Assembly: GCA_963763775.1 (NCBI GenBank)
Contig: CAVXPZ010000003.1
Location: 640,001 to 704,000 of the forward strand
DNA: 64,000 bases
Direction: 5' to 3'
DNA from: an uncultured Chloroflexia bacterium
Lineage (GTDB): Bacteria; Chloroflexota; Limnocylindria; Limnocylindrales; CSP1-4
Position 1 is the stretch's first letter; every line of letters begins with the position of its first letter. Below the pieces are notes generated by a model. The model worked only from the letters and a program-made list of their open reading frames with translations. It did no database searches and was not told the DNA's origin. Below, in pieces: positions 1-11,310 of the stretch. Made by a program: the position numbers and the translations under genes.

Positions 1-617
1 TCCAGCGCGAGCTCGCCGAGGCGGATCGCGGTCAGGGGGGAGTACGAGGCGGGCTTGAGGATCGCGGTGTTGCCCGCGGCCAGCGCCGGCGCCACCTTCC
101 AGCTCGCCATCAGGATCGGGAAGTTCCAGGGCACGATGAGCCCGACGACGCCGATCGGCTCGCGGAGGGTCAGGTCGAGGCCGGGCTTGGACACCGGGAT
201 CGTCTGGCCGAAGACCTTGTTGGCGGCGCCGGCGTAGTAGTCGAAGACGAGGCTCGCTCCGGTGACTTCGCCGCGGGCGCCGGAGATCGGCTTGCCGACG
301 TTGCGGCTCTCGAGCTGGGCGAGCTCCTCGGTGTGCTCCTTCAGGAGGGCGGCGAACTTGGCCAGCGTGCGGCCGCGCTTGCCGGCGGCCCAGTTCGCCC
401 AGCCCTTGCGGTCCTCGAAGGCCGCCTGCGCCGCCGCCACGGCCCGGTCGACGTCCTCGCGGCCGCCCATCGGGGCGGTGGCGATGACCGTCCCGTCGAT
501 GGGGCTGACGACGTCGAAGGTGGCGCCGTCCGCGGCGTCGACCGACGTGCCGCCGATGACCATCCGGGCTGTGGTGGGTGCGGGCGTGCCAGTGGCCGGC
601 TGCGACTCGATCGTCAT
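1..617 (-). CDS. NAD-dependent aldehyde dehydrogenase (5' part; runs off window edge)
   Basis: Manual reverse translation from ATG at 617: MTIESQ...TLREPIGVVGLIVPWNFPILMASWKVAPALAAGNTAILKPAS, a typical ALDH N-terminal half. Confidence 0.92.
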   Translation of the reverse strand, partial: MTIESQPATGTPAPTTARMVIGGTSVDAADGATFDVVSPIDGTVIATAPMGGREDVDRAVAAAQAAFEDRKGWANWAAGKRGRTLAKFAALLKEHTEELAQLESRNVGKPISGARGEVTGASLVFDYYAGAANKVFGQTIPVSKPGLDLTLREPIGVVGLIVPWNFPILMASWKVAPALAAGNTAILKPASYSPLTAIRLGELAL

Positions 618-854
618 CGGGATCCCTCGGATGTCGGGGTGGTCAGGAGTGTCTCGATGATACGCCCGGCCCGGGTCGCCGGGCCTCGGACTGCACCGGA
701 GCAGGAGAGGTGCATGCGGTCCACTGTTCGACGCCTCGTTCCATTGACACGCCGGCTGCCCGGACCCGATGCTAGCCGCGCCGCTGCGAACCGACCGTCG
801 TGGACCGGGGGAACCGGAGGACGTCGTCGGCGCCTGTTCTGGAAAGGATCGATC

Positions 855-2505
855 GTGCCACCAAGCCCGTTCTCCATCGGCGCGGTGGGCGAACTCGAGA
901 CCGACATCTGTGTCATCGGCGGCGGTCCAGCGGGGATCGCCTTCGCGCGCGAGTGGATCGGGCGAGGGACGCGCGTCGACCTGCTCGAAAGCGGGAGCGT
1001 CGGTGACGACCGACGCCTCCAGGACCTGAGCGGCGGGGCGGTCGCCTCCGACGTCCACACGGCATCGGCGCTCCAGCACGGTCGACAACGCCAGCTCGGC
1101 GGCACGCCCAACCTGTGGTTCTACCGGACGCGTCCGGAGGACGGCCGACGGTATGCCAGGTCGGTCCCGCCGGAGTCCATCGACCTGGCCGCGCGCCCCT
1201 CTCGCTCCTCGTCGGGCTGGGGGCTCACCCTTGACCAACTCGCCCCCTTCTACGAACGCGCGCAGCGCGTCTGGAACGGCGCTCGATACGACTACGAGGT
1301 CGAGACGTGGAGCGCCCCGGGAGCCGTCCGATTGGACACCGCCGACGGGCCACTCGACACGGCGATCGCCCAGCACGGGCCGGGAGACGTCTTCCGTGAG
1401 CGGTACCGCGACGAGATCGAAGGCCGCCGAGAACGTCACCATCCACGTCGGCTGCACGGTGGTCGAGTTGCTCGCCGACGCGTCCGGCGAGACGATCGAC
1501 CGGGTCCGCGTCGTGCGATCCGACGGGTCCGCGGCCATCGTTCGCGCCCGGATCGTCGTGCTCGCCGCCGGCGGGATCGAGAACGCCCAGCTCCTGCTGC
1601 TGTCCGAGCCGACCAGACCGGGCGCCGTCGGCAACCGGCACGACAACGTCGGACGCTACCTGACGGACCACCCGGAGTTTCGCGTCGGGGCGTTCGTCCC
1701 GTCGGAGCGAAGCATCTTCGACCGACTCGGCCTGTATGACATCCGGTCGATCGACGGCACGCTGGTCAGCGCGGCATTCACGCTCAAGGAGGCGGTCAAG
1801 CGGCAGGAGGACCTCCTCAACGTCAGCCTGTCCGTGGTCCCGCAGGCCCGCGGATTCGGTTCGGACGCGCACCGGTCGCTGTCCTTGCTGCGCCAGTGGC
1901 TCCCCGGCGGTCAACCTCTGGCCACGTCAGCCGGGCTCGGCGGCATCCTCCGCTCGCCCCGCGACACGCTGGCCTTGCTTCGCTCGTCGCGCGGCGCCTA
2001 TCACGACTATCTCGGCGGCTGGTCGAGACCGGAGGTCGACCGCACGATCTTCGAGACGATCGAGGTCCACGCGGCCACCGAGCAGTCGGCGGTCCGGGAC
2101 AATCGCGTGACCCTGGGCGAGGACCGCGATGTCCTCGGACGACGTCGCCCGCGGCTGGAGATGGTCTGGTCCGATGCCGATCGCCAGGATGTCGGCCGGT
2201 CGATCCGGCTGGCCATCGCGGAGCTCGGCAAGATCGGCCTCGGCCGGTTCGAGCCGTGGGTCGCCGAGACCGGCCCGACTCGACCGTTCGAGTCCGGGAT
2301 CCATCATCCGATGGGCGCGACGCGGATGGCCGCTGATGCCCGCGAGGGGGTCGTCGACATGAGCGGCCTCGTCCATGGGATGGCGAACCTGTACGTCGCG
2401 GGCAGCTCCGTGTTCGCCTCAGGGCACGGCTATGCGAACCCCACGCTGTCGCTGCTGGCCTTGACCCTGCGGCTCTCGGACCACCTGTCGACGCGTCTCG
2501 GCTGA
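855..2505 (+). CDS. GMC-family FAD oxidoreductase (frameshift near 1422)
   Basis: GTG at 855 after AAAGGA; DICVIGGGPAG dinucleotide motif in ORF 333..1739 continues in ORF 1153..2505 (VLAAGGIEN, HHPMGATRM, NLYVAGSSVF, NPTL). Confidence 0.88.
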
Positions 2506-2537
2506 ACCCCGCAGGGCCGGCCCGAACGGGGACCCGG

Positions 2538-3359
2538 TCAGGCCGGGTGGTCCTCCGGCCCCGCCGGCGTCCAGGCGGATTCTGAGGCGACGATCGCCGC
2601 ACCGATGATGCCCGCGTCGTTCCGGAGTTCCGCGGGAACGACCGGGCAGCGGACCGTCAGGCGCGGAAGGAACTTGTCGGCGTTCTTGCTGACGCCGCCG
2701 CCGAGGATCATCAGGTTGGGCCACATGAGGCTGTCGATCGCGTTGAGGTGCTCGTCGAGGTCCGCGGCCCAGGCCTTCCACGACAGGCCGCGCCGGATAC
2801 GGGCGGCCGCGGCGGACCGACGTTCGGCGGCGCGACCGCGGATCTCCATCTGGCCGAACTCCGTGTTCGGTACGAGGCGGCCGTCGTTGAACGTGCCGGA
2901 TCCGACGCCGGTCCCGAGCGTCAGGAAGATCACGACGCCCGGCTGATCCTTGCCCACGCCGAACCGCATCTCCGCGATGCCGGCCGCGTCGGCGTCGTTG
3001 ACCAGGCCGACCGGGCGGCCGAGGGCCCGAGCAAGTCGTTCCACGATCGGGAAGTCGATCCAGCCCGGATCGATGTTCGCCGCCGTCTTCACATGCCCGG
3101 CGATCGTGACCCCGGGGACGCCGACGCCGATCGGCGTCGTCGGGCCGAGGCTGGCCGCGCGGACGAGCCGGTGAACGAGCCGGTCGATCGAGCTGATGAC
3201 CGCCTCGGGCGTCGATGGGTTGGGCGTGGGGACCCGGACCCGCTCCGATCGGAACCGACCGGACTCGACGTCGACGACCGCAGCCTTGATCCCGCTGCCG
3301 CCCACGTCGATGCCGATGGCGATCCGGCCACTGGCCATCCCCGCCTCCTCCTCGGTCAT
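2538..3359 (-). CDS. ppgK: Polyphosphate/ATP glucokinase (ROK family)
   Basis: [39 protein letters not shown] and NDAGIIGAA motifs. Confidence 0.9.
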   Translation of the reverse strand: MTEEEAGMASGRIAIGIDVGGSGIKAAVVDVESGRFRSERVRVPTPNPSTPEAVISSIDRLVHRLVRAASLGPTTPIGVGVPGVTIAGHVKTAANIDPGWIDFPIVERLARALGRPVGLVNDADAAGIAEMRFGVGKDQPGVVIFLTLGTGVGSGTFNDGRLVPNTEFGQMEIRGRAAERRSAAAARIRRGLSWKAWAADLDEHLNAIDSLMWPNLMILGGGVSKNADKFLPRLTVRCPVVPAELRNDAGIIGAAIVASESAWTPAGPEDHPA

Positions 3360-3380
3360 GGTGTCGTCGCGGCCTCCCGA

Positions 3381-4148
3381 CTAGAAGTAGTTGACCGTGA
3401 TGCCGCCATCGACGACGAGCGATGCGCCGTTGGTCCACCGGGACTCATCGGATGCGAGGTAGACCGCCAGATGCACGATCTCCTCCGGCTTGCCGAAGCG
3501 GCCCGTCGGGTTCCTCGCGAGTCGAAGCTGCTTGGCCGCCTCGTCCTTGACGAGCCAATCCATCAGGAGCGGCGTCTCGATGGGGCCGGGGCAGATGGCG
3601 TTGGTCCGGATGCCTACGGGTCCGAACTGGACGGCAAGACTGCGCGTGAGTGACAGGACCGCGCCCTTCGACGCCGTGTAGGCGTCCTGCGGCACGCTGC
3701 ACCCGAGGATCGCGACGAAGCTCGCGATGTTGATGATCGAGCCGCCGCCGGCCTCGACCATGGCCGGGATGGCGTACTTGCAGCCGAGGAACACGCCGCG
3801 GACGTTGACCGCCATGACCTGGTCCCAGGTGGCGACGTCGGTGTCGGTCACGCTGTGATCGGCCTCCGGCATGATCCCGGCGTTGTTGTAGAGGCAGTCG
3901 ACACGCCCGTACGTCGCGATCGCATGGTCGACCATGGCCTTCGCGCTCGCCTCGTCGGAGACGTCGACCTTGACGAACGACGCCTCGCCACCGGCGGCCC
4001 GGACGAGACCGACCGTCTCCTCGCCTGCCGCTTCGTTGAACTCGGCGACCACGACCTTGGCCCCCTCCTTCGCGAAGAGCTGGGAGGCGACGCGGCCCTG
4101 GCCGCCGCCGGCGCCGGTGATGATGGTGACCTTGTCGGCGAGTCGCAT
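3381..4148 (-). CDS. Short-chain dehydrogenase/reductase (Rv2857c/SCO1611-like)
   Basis: MRLADKVTIITGAGGGQG, NNAG, YTASKG, NAICPGPIETPLL. Confidence 0.9.
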   Translation of the reverse strand: MRLADKVTIITGAGGGQGRVASQLFAKEGAKVVVAEFNEAAGEETVGLVRAAGGEASFVKVDVSDEASAKAMVDHAIATYGRVDCLYNNAGIMPEADHSVTDTDVATWDQVMAVNVRGVFLGCKYAIPAMVEAGGGSIINIASFVAILGCSVPQDAYTASKGAVLSLTRSLAVQFGPVGIRTNAICPGPIETPLLMDWLVKDEAAKQLRLARNPTGRFGKPEEIVHLAVYLASDESRWTNGASLVVDGGITVNYF

Positions 4149-4296
4149 CGTTCGACCTCGGAAAGACGGATGACAACGTTGCGACACAGGGTAGGACGTC
4201 CGGCGCCCCGTCGTGCACGGATCCATGCGGGTGGCGTGCTCCGTCACCGCCTGCGAACGTGCGGCAGACCTGCCGCGAGTCGGCTCGAACGCCGCG

Positions 4297-4735
4297 CTAC
4301 GCGGACTCGGCGAGCATCCGCTCGATGATGGCCGCCGCGTTCTCCAGCCGCCGCCGCTCCTTGGGCGTCAGCGGGTCGATCATCGTCGCCAAGGTGGCGA
4401 CCCGGCGGTCCCGTCCCGACAACAGCAGGTCGCGGCCGCGCTCGCTCGCGGCGACTCGCACGATCCGCCGATCGGACTCGTCCGGCAGCCGGTCGACGAG
4501 ACCGTCGGCGACCATGCCCGCGACCAGCCGGGTCATCGTCGGCGGGGTGACACCCTCCATGGTCGCGAGTGCGCCGATCGTCCGCGGCCCTCCGAAGACC
4601 AGGACGGACAAGGCCGACAGCCGCGGTGGCGAGACACCGGTGGCGCGAATCCTCCTGGGCGAGTCGCCGCAGCAGGTGAAGCGCCGCGGAATGGACGCGC
4701 GCCGGGAGCTCGTCAGGGGTTGCACGTCTCGCCAT
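4297..4735 (-). CDS. MarR-family regulator (frameshift near 4648)
   Basis: MARRATPDELPARVHSAALHLLRRL joined to SPPRLSALSVLVFGGPRTIGALA...PTMTRLV...DRR wHTH. Confidence 0.85.
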
Positions 4736-4745
4736 GACGCGTATA

Positions 4746-4769
4746 TTAGTTGCAGTACCTAACGACCGT
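4746..4769. promoter_or_regulatory. Divergent MarR/ankyrin promoter region with TTAG-N9-CTAA dyad
   Basis: AT-rich TATATTAGTTGCAGTACCTAACG in the 51-bp gap; TAATAT lies 7 nt before the MarR ATG on the minus strand. Confidence 0.5.
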
Positions 4770-4786
4770 CCAGTCAGGAGCACGTC

Positions 4787-5455
4787 ATGGCCAGCCAGGT
4801 CGAACTGATCGCGGCCGTCAATGCGGACGACGCACCAGCGGTCGCGGCGCTCCTCGCCGAGGATCCCTCCCTGGCCGGGTCCCGGGATGCGAACGGCGTC
4901 TCGGCGATCATGCTCTCGCGGTACCGCTTCGCCCGGGACGTCACCGACGCCCTGCTCGCCGTGGACCCGGACCTGGACGTGTTCGAGGCCGCGGCCCTCG
5001 GCTACATCGACCGGCTGCGCGAGCGACTGTCCGAGGACCCGTCGCGAGCGACCGAGTCCTCCCCGGACGGCTTCACCGCCCTCCATTACACGGCCTTCTT
5101 CGGCAAGGGCGAGGCGGCACGCGTCCTGCTGGAGGCCGGAGCCGGCGTCAACGTCTACTCGCAGAACGGGCTCAACGTGCAGCCCCTGCACAGCGCCGCC
5201 GCCGGTCGCCATCACGAGGTGTGCCGGATCCTGCTCGCGGCCGGGGCCGACGTGAACGCCCGCCAGCAGCTGGGCTACACGCCACTCCACGAGGCCGCAC
5301 AGCACGGGGACGACGAGCTCGTCGAACTCTTCCTCTCGGCCGGGGCGGATCCGACCGCCACCCTCGACGACGGCAAGACGCCCGCGGAGACGGCCGAGGA
5401 GGCGGGCCACACCGATATCGCCGCTCGACTTCGGGCCGTCGCCGACGCCCGATAG
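4787..5455 (+). CDS. Ankyrin-repeat protein
   Basis: DGFTALHY, VQPLHSAAA, GYTPLHEAA and GADVN repeats; RBS AGGAG. Confidence 0.92.
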   Translation: MASQVELIAAVNADDAPAVAALLAEDPSLAGSRDANGVSAIMLSRYRFARDVTDALLAVDPDLDVFEAAALGYIDRLRERLSEDPSRATESSPDGFTALHYTAFFGKGEAARVLLEAGAGVNVYSQNGLNVQPLHSAAAGRHHEVCRILLAAGADVNARQQLGYTPLHEAAQHGDDELVELFLSAGADPTATLDDGKTPAETAEEAGHTDIAARLRAVADAR

Positions 5456-5474
5456 ATCGCGTCTCGCGATCCGC

Positions 5475-5831
5475 TCAGTGCGTCGCGCGCGCCGCGGCCA
5501 GGGCGTCACGCACGTCGGCGAAGGTTTGCTCGCACGCGGCGACCCGAGCGTGAAGATCCTCGATGACCCCGCTGCGCCCGTCGGCCTCCAGCGAGCGGCA
5601 CTGCTCCGAGAGCGCCATGGCGCCCACGCTCGCACTGCTCGACTTCAGCGTATGCGCCGGCCGGACGACGCCCGCGGCATCGCCATCGGCAGCGGCTTGG
5701 CGCAACGCGGCGAGTTGCTCGGTGGCGTCGGAGAGGTACGTGTCCACGAGTTCGTCGAGGAACTCGAGGTCACCGCCGGTGATATCCAGCAGCCGTTCGA
5801 ACGCGTCCGCGTCGAGCGTGGGTTCGCTCAT
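5475..5831 (-). CDS. Stand-alone Hpt (histidine phosphotransfer) protein
   Basis: MSEPTLD...AHTLKSSSASVGA Hpt motif; ATGA overlap with the upstream cyclase gene. Confidence 0.9.
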   Translation of the reverse strand: MSEPTLDADAFERLLDITGGDLEFLDELVDTYLSDATEQLAALRQAAADGDAAGVVRPAHTLKSSSASVGAMALSEQCRSLEADGRSGVIEDLHARVAACEQTFADVRDALAAARATH

Positions 5832-6952
5832 GCGATCGTCTCCTCTTCGCGGACTCCGGTGACGGCGTACGTGACGACCGGTCGACTGAACCCCTTCAGC
5901 TGCCGCTCGCCGGCCTCGACGGCGTCGATGGACGACTCGGCCGCGGCATAGGTCCGCTGGGCGATCAGGATCTCGCCCGCCGCCGCGTCGCTGCTCAGAC
6001 GCGCCGCGTGGATGATCACGTGCCCGACCGCGCCGTAGTCGTAGCGACCCTCGAACCCGATCCGGCCGAGCGTGGCGAACCCGGTGGCGATCCCGATCCC
6101 GATCTCGAGGGTGTGGCCGCGTCGGCGCCACTCCGCCGCCAGCGTCGCGAACCGCGCCCGCATGGCGACCGCGAGGCGGACCGCCCTGGTCGCGTGGTCG
6201 TCCTGCAGGATCGGGTCGTTGAAGAACGTCATGAACCCGTCGCCGGCGAAGTGCTCGAGCGTCCCCTCGTGCTCGACGATGAGGGGCCCCATCAGGGCGT
6301 GGTAGGCGCGCAGGAACCCCAGGACCTCCTCAGGCTCGGCGGCTTCGGAGAACACGGTGAAGTTCCGGAGATCGCAGAACATCGCGGTGATCTCGCGTCG
6401 GTGCCCAGCCAGCATCGCCTCACCGTCGTCGCTCGACACGAGGGCCGCGACCTGCGGCGAGAGGAACCGGGAGAGTTCCGAGCGCTGCCGGTCGATCGTG
6501 GCCAGGAGCCGCCGTTGCTCGTCCATCGTGCGTCGCTCGAGGTCCCGGAACCGCTTCTGGGCCAGCGACGCCTCGATCCTGGCGCGGACGATCTCCGGGT
6601 CCACCGACTTCGGGAGGTAGTCGGTGGCGCCCATCCGGATGCAGCGGACGACGCTCGACAGCTCGTCGACGTCGGAGATGACGATGACCGGCAGGTCGCG
6701 GAGCACCTCGTCCGCCTTCAAGGCGGCGAGCGTCTCGTAGCCGTCCATCACCGGCATGTTGATGTCGAGCAGGACGACGTCGATCGGCGGCGCGTCCGGG
6801 TCCCGGAGTGTGACCAGGGCCGCCTCGCCATCGGTCGCCTCGCGGGCCTCGTGGCCGAGCCCGGCGAGCAGGCGCAGCAGCAGGCGTCGGTGGAAGGCGG
6901 AGTCGTCGACGACGAGGACCCGCCCCAGCCCGGTCGGCCGCTCGTCGGTCAT
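5828..6952 (-). CDS. Response regulator receiver fused to class III nucleotidyl cyclase
   Basis: C-terminal part of ORF 5828..10129 from MTDERP: VLVVDD, LLDINMP, YLPK; then [24 protein letters not shown]. Confidence 0.9.
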   Translation of the reverse strand: MTDERPTGLGRVLVVDDSAFHRRLLLRLLAGLGHEAREATDGEAALVTLRDPDAPPIDVVLLDINMPVMDGYETLAALKADEVLRDLPVIVISDVDELSSVVRCIRMGATDYLPKSVDPEIVRARIEASLAQKRFRDLERRTMDEQRRLLATIDRQRSELSRFLSPQVAALVSSDDGEAMLAGHRREITAMFCDLRNFTVFSEAAEPEEVLGFLRAYHALMGPLIVEHEGTLEHFAGDGFMTFFNDPILQDDHATRAVRLAVAMRARFATLAAEWRRRGHTLEIGIGIATGFATLGRIGFEGRYDYGAVGHVIIHAARLSSDAAAGEILIAQRTYAAAESSIDAVEAGERQLKGFSRPVVTYAVTGVREEETIA

Positions 6953-9900
6953 CGTGCGGCGTCCCGGCGCTCGGCGGCCACGAGGGCCGCCTGGAGGATC
7001 TCCGGACGGACCGGTTTGGCGATGTAGTCGTCCATCCCGACGGCCAGGCAGGCCTCGCGGTCGCCCTCCATGGCATTCGCCGTCATGGCGACGATCCGCG
7101 GACCGGTGGGCCCGGGCCAGCGCTGGCGGATCCGGCGCGTCGCCTCCAGGCCGTCCAGCTCGGGCATCTGGACGTCCATCAGGACGACGTCGTAGGCCGT
7201 GTCCTCCACCGCGGCGACCGCTTCGAGGCCGTTCCCCGCGACGTCCGCGTGGTAGCCCATCCGCTCGAGAAGTCGCAAGGCCAGTTTCTGGTTCACGGGG
7301 TTGTCCTCGGCGAGCAGGATCCGCAGCGGGTGTCGTGCCCCGAGCTCGCGGTCGATCCCGGTCCCGGCCGAGCGGACCGGCACGGACGTGGCCTGGCCGG
7401 CGAGGACCGTGGCGAGCGTGTCGTGGAGGGCGGAGGGCTTGACCGGCTTGACGAGGAAGGCCGCCACGGCCTCCGTCGCTCGCTCGCGGACGCCGACCGA
7501 CGAAAGGACGACGACCGGGGTCGCGGCGCCCACCTCGGTGGACCGGATCGCGGTGGCGAGGGCGATGCCGTCGAGCTCCGGCATGTGCATGTCCAGGATG
7601 GCGAGGTCGTACCCCTTGCCGTCCGTCACCCACGCGAGCGCTTCCCGCGGCGACGCCGTGGCGTCGAACGTCATGTGCCAGCGGCCCAGCATGGCTCCCA
7701 CGATCCGACGGTTGGTCGCGTTGTCGTCCACGACGAGCACGCGTCGGCCGGCCAGGTCGACCCCGACGAGCGGGCCGGACTCGATGGGCGTCGCGGCTTC
7801 GGTGACCTGGATGGTCAGCCGGAAGGTGCTGCCCTCGCCCGCGATGCCGCTGCTCTCGGCCGTCAGCGAGCCGTCCATGAGCTCCGCCAGACGACGGCTG
7901 ATGGCGAGGCCGAGTCCGGTGCCGCCGTATCGGCGCGAGATGGAGGCGTCCGCCTGGCTGAACGACTGGAAGAGCCGGTCGATCCGGTCGGGCGGGATCC
8001 CGATGCCGGTGTCTCGGATGCCGATCGAGAGCTCCCAGCGGGCCGCCCCCGAGCTGCGGCCAGGGAGGCGCTGGCCGGACACGTCGAGCTCGACCTCGCC
8101 CGTCTCCGTGAACTTCACCGCGTTCGACAGCAGGTTCAGGACGATCTGCCGGAGTCGGCCTTCGTCCCCGAGGATCGTCCTGGGCAGGCCGTCGTCGATC
8201 GCATAGGCGAGCTCGAGATGTTTCGCCGCGGCCGTCGGCGCAAGGACGTCCAGGGCCCCCTCGATGCAGGCCGCGAAGTCGAATGGGCGGTCGTCGAGGT
8301 CCACCTTCCCGGCCTCGATCTTCGAGAAGTCGAGGATGTCGTTGATGATCGTCAGCAGGGCGTCGCCCGAGGTCCGGATGGTGTCGGCGTAGTCGCGCTG
8401 CTCCTCGGTGAGTGGCGTGTCGAGGAGCAGCCCGCTCATGCCGATGATCGCGTTCATCGGCGTCCGGATCTCGTGGCTCATCGCGGCGAGGAACGTGCTC
8501 TTGGCCTGGTCCGCCGCCTCGGCCGCCTCGCGAGCCGCCTCGGCCTCGCGGAAGAGCCGCGCGTTCTCGATGCCGATCGCCGCCTGCTGCGAGAGGCCGA
8601 CGAGGAGGTCCAGGTCGCTCGGGCCGAAGCGCTCGCCCGTGGCCGGCCGCCAGACCGCCATGACACCGATGACCGCGCCACGGGCGACGAGCGGCGCGGC
8701 CATCAGCCGTTCCTCGACGTCCGGGTCGGTCCCCGGGATGACCATCGTGCGGGGATCGGCGAGGACGTCGTTGACGGCCTCCGCTCGCTGGCTCGCGGCC
8801 ACCGCCCCGATGATGCCCTCGCCAAGCGCCACCGCGTCCGCGAGGATCGGCTCGGCGAGCGTCCCGAGGGCGACGTTCGCCCGGAACGTCCGACCGTCCG
8901 GATCGGCGAGGAACACCGCGCTGGATTCGGCGGCCAGGAGGGACTGCGCTTCCGCGGTGATGCGCTGCGAGGACGGCCTGCGGCTCGAGCGTCGCCGAGA
9001 TCTCCCGCCCGACGTCCGCGAGCGCGGACATCTCGCCGGCTCGCCGGTCGGTCTCGCGGTAGAGCCGGGCGTTCTGGAGCGCCACACTCAGGCTCGCCGC
9101 GAGCGTGGTCAGCAGGCGCAGGTCCTCGTCGCCGAACGCACCTTCGCGGTCGAGGTTCTGGAGGGAGATGACCCCGAGGGCCTTGTCGCCCGTGACGAGT
9201 GGCGCGAAGAGCAGCGACTTGGCCGGCTCGCCCTGGATCGCGATGCTCGATTGGCCGAGCGCGGCCGCCGCGCCGAGGACGTCCTCGTTCACGAGCATCG
9301 GCTCACGCGTCCGCAAGACGTGTTCGCGGAAGCCGAGCACGGGCATCGGCTCGTCCGGGAAGCGGACGCCGCGCTCGATGGTGTACGGGAAGTGCACCAC
9401 GCCCGCCGTCGCGTCGAGGATCCCGATGTCGACCACCTGCGCGTCGAAGATCTCCTGGATCCGGTCGCCGACGAGGTCGTACATCGCCTGCATGTCGAGC
9501 TCGGCGGCCAGGCCCTGCTGGATCCCATTGATGATCGCGAGCTCGGCATTGCGCTGTCGGGTCTCCTCGACCAGGCGGGCGTTCTCGAGGGCGACGCTCA
9601 GGCCGGCGCCGATGTTCGTCAGCAGCCGGGTATCGGCGGCGTCGAACGCGTACTCCTCGTCGAGGTTCTGGAGGGACATGACGCCGACGACCCGGTCACC
9701 GGCATGGAGCGGCACGAACAGCGCGGTCTTCGGCGGCTCGCCGAACACGGCGGCCGGATTGCCGTACCGGACGTTGCTGGCCGCCATGTCGTGGTCGATG
9801 AGGAGCGGTTCGTCGGTCTCGAAGACGTGCTTCCGATAGCCGATCAGCGCCATCGGGTGATCCGGGAACCGCACGCCTCGCTCGATCGAGTACGGGAAAT

Positions 9901-11181
9901 GCAGTAGCCCGTCATCGTGGTCGTAGAGGCTGATCGCCACGACCTGGGCGTCGAAGATCTCCTGGATCTTGTCGCCAACGAGGTCGAACATCGCCTGGCT
10001 GTCGATCTCGGCCGCGAGCCCGCGCTGGATCGCGTTGACGATCGCCAGCTCGGCGGCGCGCTGGTCCGTCTCGGCCAGGAGGCGCTTCGTCTCGTCGAAC
10101 AGCCGGGCGTTCTCGAGCGCGACGCCCATGCTCGACGCGAGGGTACTGAGCAGGCGGACGTCGTCGTCGTCATAGGCGTTCGGCGATCAGGCTCTCGAGG
10201 GCGACGGCCCCGAGGACGCGGTCGCCGGCGAGGATCGGCACGCCGAGGTACGACTCCGTCGCGAGCCCTTCGGTGATCGCTCCCAGCGAATCCGCGTCCG
10301 ATCCCGAGTGCAGGTGCAGTGGCTGGCGGGAGCGGATGACCTGGCTCGTCAGACCCGTTCCGAACGCGATCGGACCCAGGTGATTGCGGTCACCTTCCTC
10401 GATCGCGTAGGGGAAGCTGATCATGCCGGTCGCCGCGTCGTACAAGGAGATGTGCAATGAGCGCGTCGCGAAGATCTGGCCGACGCGCTCGCCGACCAGG
10501 TCGATGATCGCGGCGAAGTCGAGTTGCTTCGCGAGCGCCTGACCGATCTCGTTGATGAGGGCGAGTTCCGCGTTGCGTTGGCGGGTCTCCTCGATCGCCC
10601 GCGCACGGCTCAGGGCCGAGCCGATGTGCTGGCCGACGAAGGTGAGGAGATCCAGGTCGCCCTGGGTGTGCAGCCGCTCGTTCGTGTAGGACTGCACGAC
10701 GATGACACCGAGCGTCCGGCCGTCCGCCACGAGCGGCGCCCCGACCCAGTCGCCATCCCCACGGACGCCGACCAGTTCCAATTCGCCGGCGGCTTCCAGC
10801 TCCGCATGGGCCGTCGACGTCGAGGAGGGCCGGCCGACCCGTGCGCAGGACGTAGGCGGTCGAGCCGCGCGCGTTGCCGACACCGAGCGGCTCCCAGACG
10901 TTGGGGTCCGGGATGTCGGTGTCCACCAGGTCGACGTAGTAGGGGAAGTTGATGGCGCGTCGCTGATCGTCGTAGAGGGCGATGTACGCGTTCTCGGCGT
11001 CCATCAAGCCCGCGACGATGCGGTGCACGGTCGCGTAGAAGGTCTGCAGGTCCTCGGCGGCGCTCGCCGCCTCGGCGATCCGATAGAGCGCGTCCTGGAC
11101 CTGTTCGCTCCTGGCGTGCTCCGCTTCGCCCGCCTCCAGCTCGGCGACGCGCCGGCGCAGGGCGTCCTCGTCGTCGGTCAC
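6949..11181 (-). CDS. Hybrid sensor histidine kinase: 5 GAF + HisKA + HATPase + 2 REC (frameshifts near 10810, 10185, 8968)
   Basis: Repeated GAF blocks (FPY..., LENARL) across ORFs 10390..11181, 10170..10883, 5828..10129 and 6949..9087; [11 protein letters not shown]-box, [22 protein letters not shown], two REC domains. Confidence 0.9.
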
Positions 11182-11310
11182 GACTGGGGACGCTGGCGTT
11201 CGAACGTCAGGACGCGCACCTGGCCTCCCTCGGGTCAGTCAGGAGCGCCACGCGGTCCGGTGCGCTCGTCGGCCGATGGTAGCGCCCCGGGGTCGGCGCG
11301 ATGACCCGGC

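Noticed and set aside
5828-10129. 1433-aa GAF-REC-cyclase fusion in the ORF track
   Set aside because: Artefact of the frameshift near 8968; the middle is off-frame kinase sequence, and the cyclase has its own ATG at 6952
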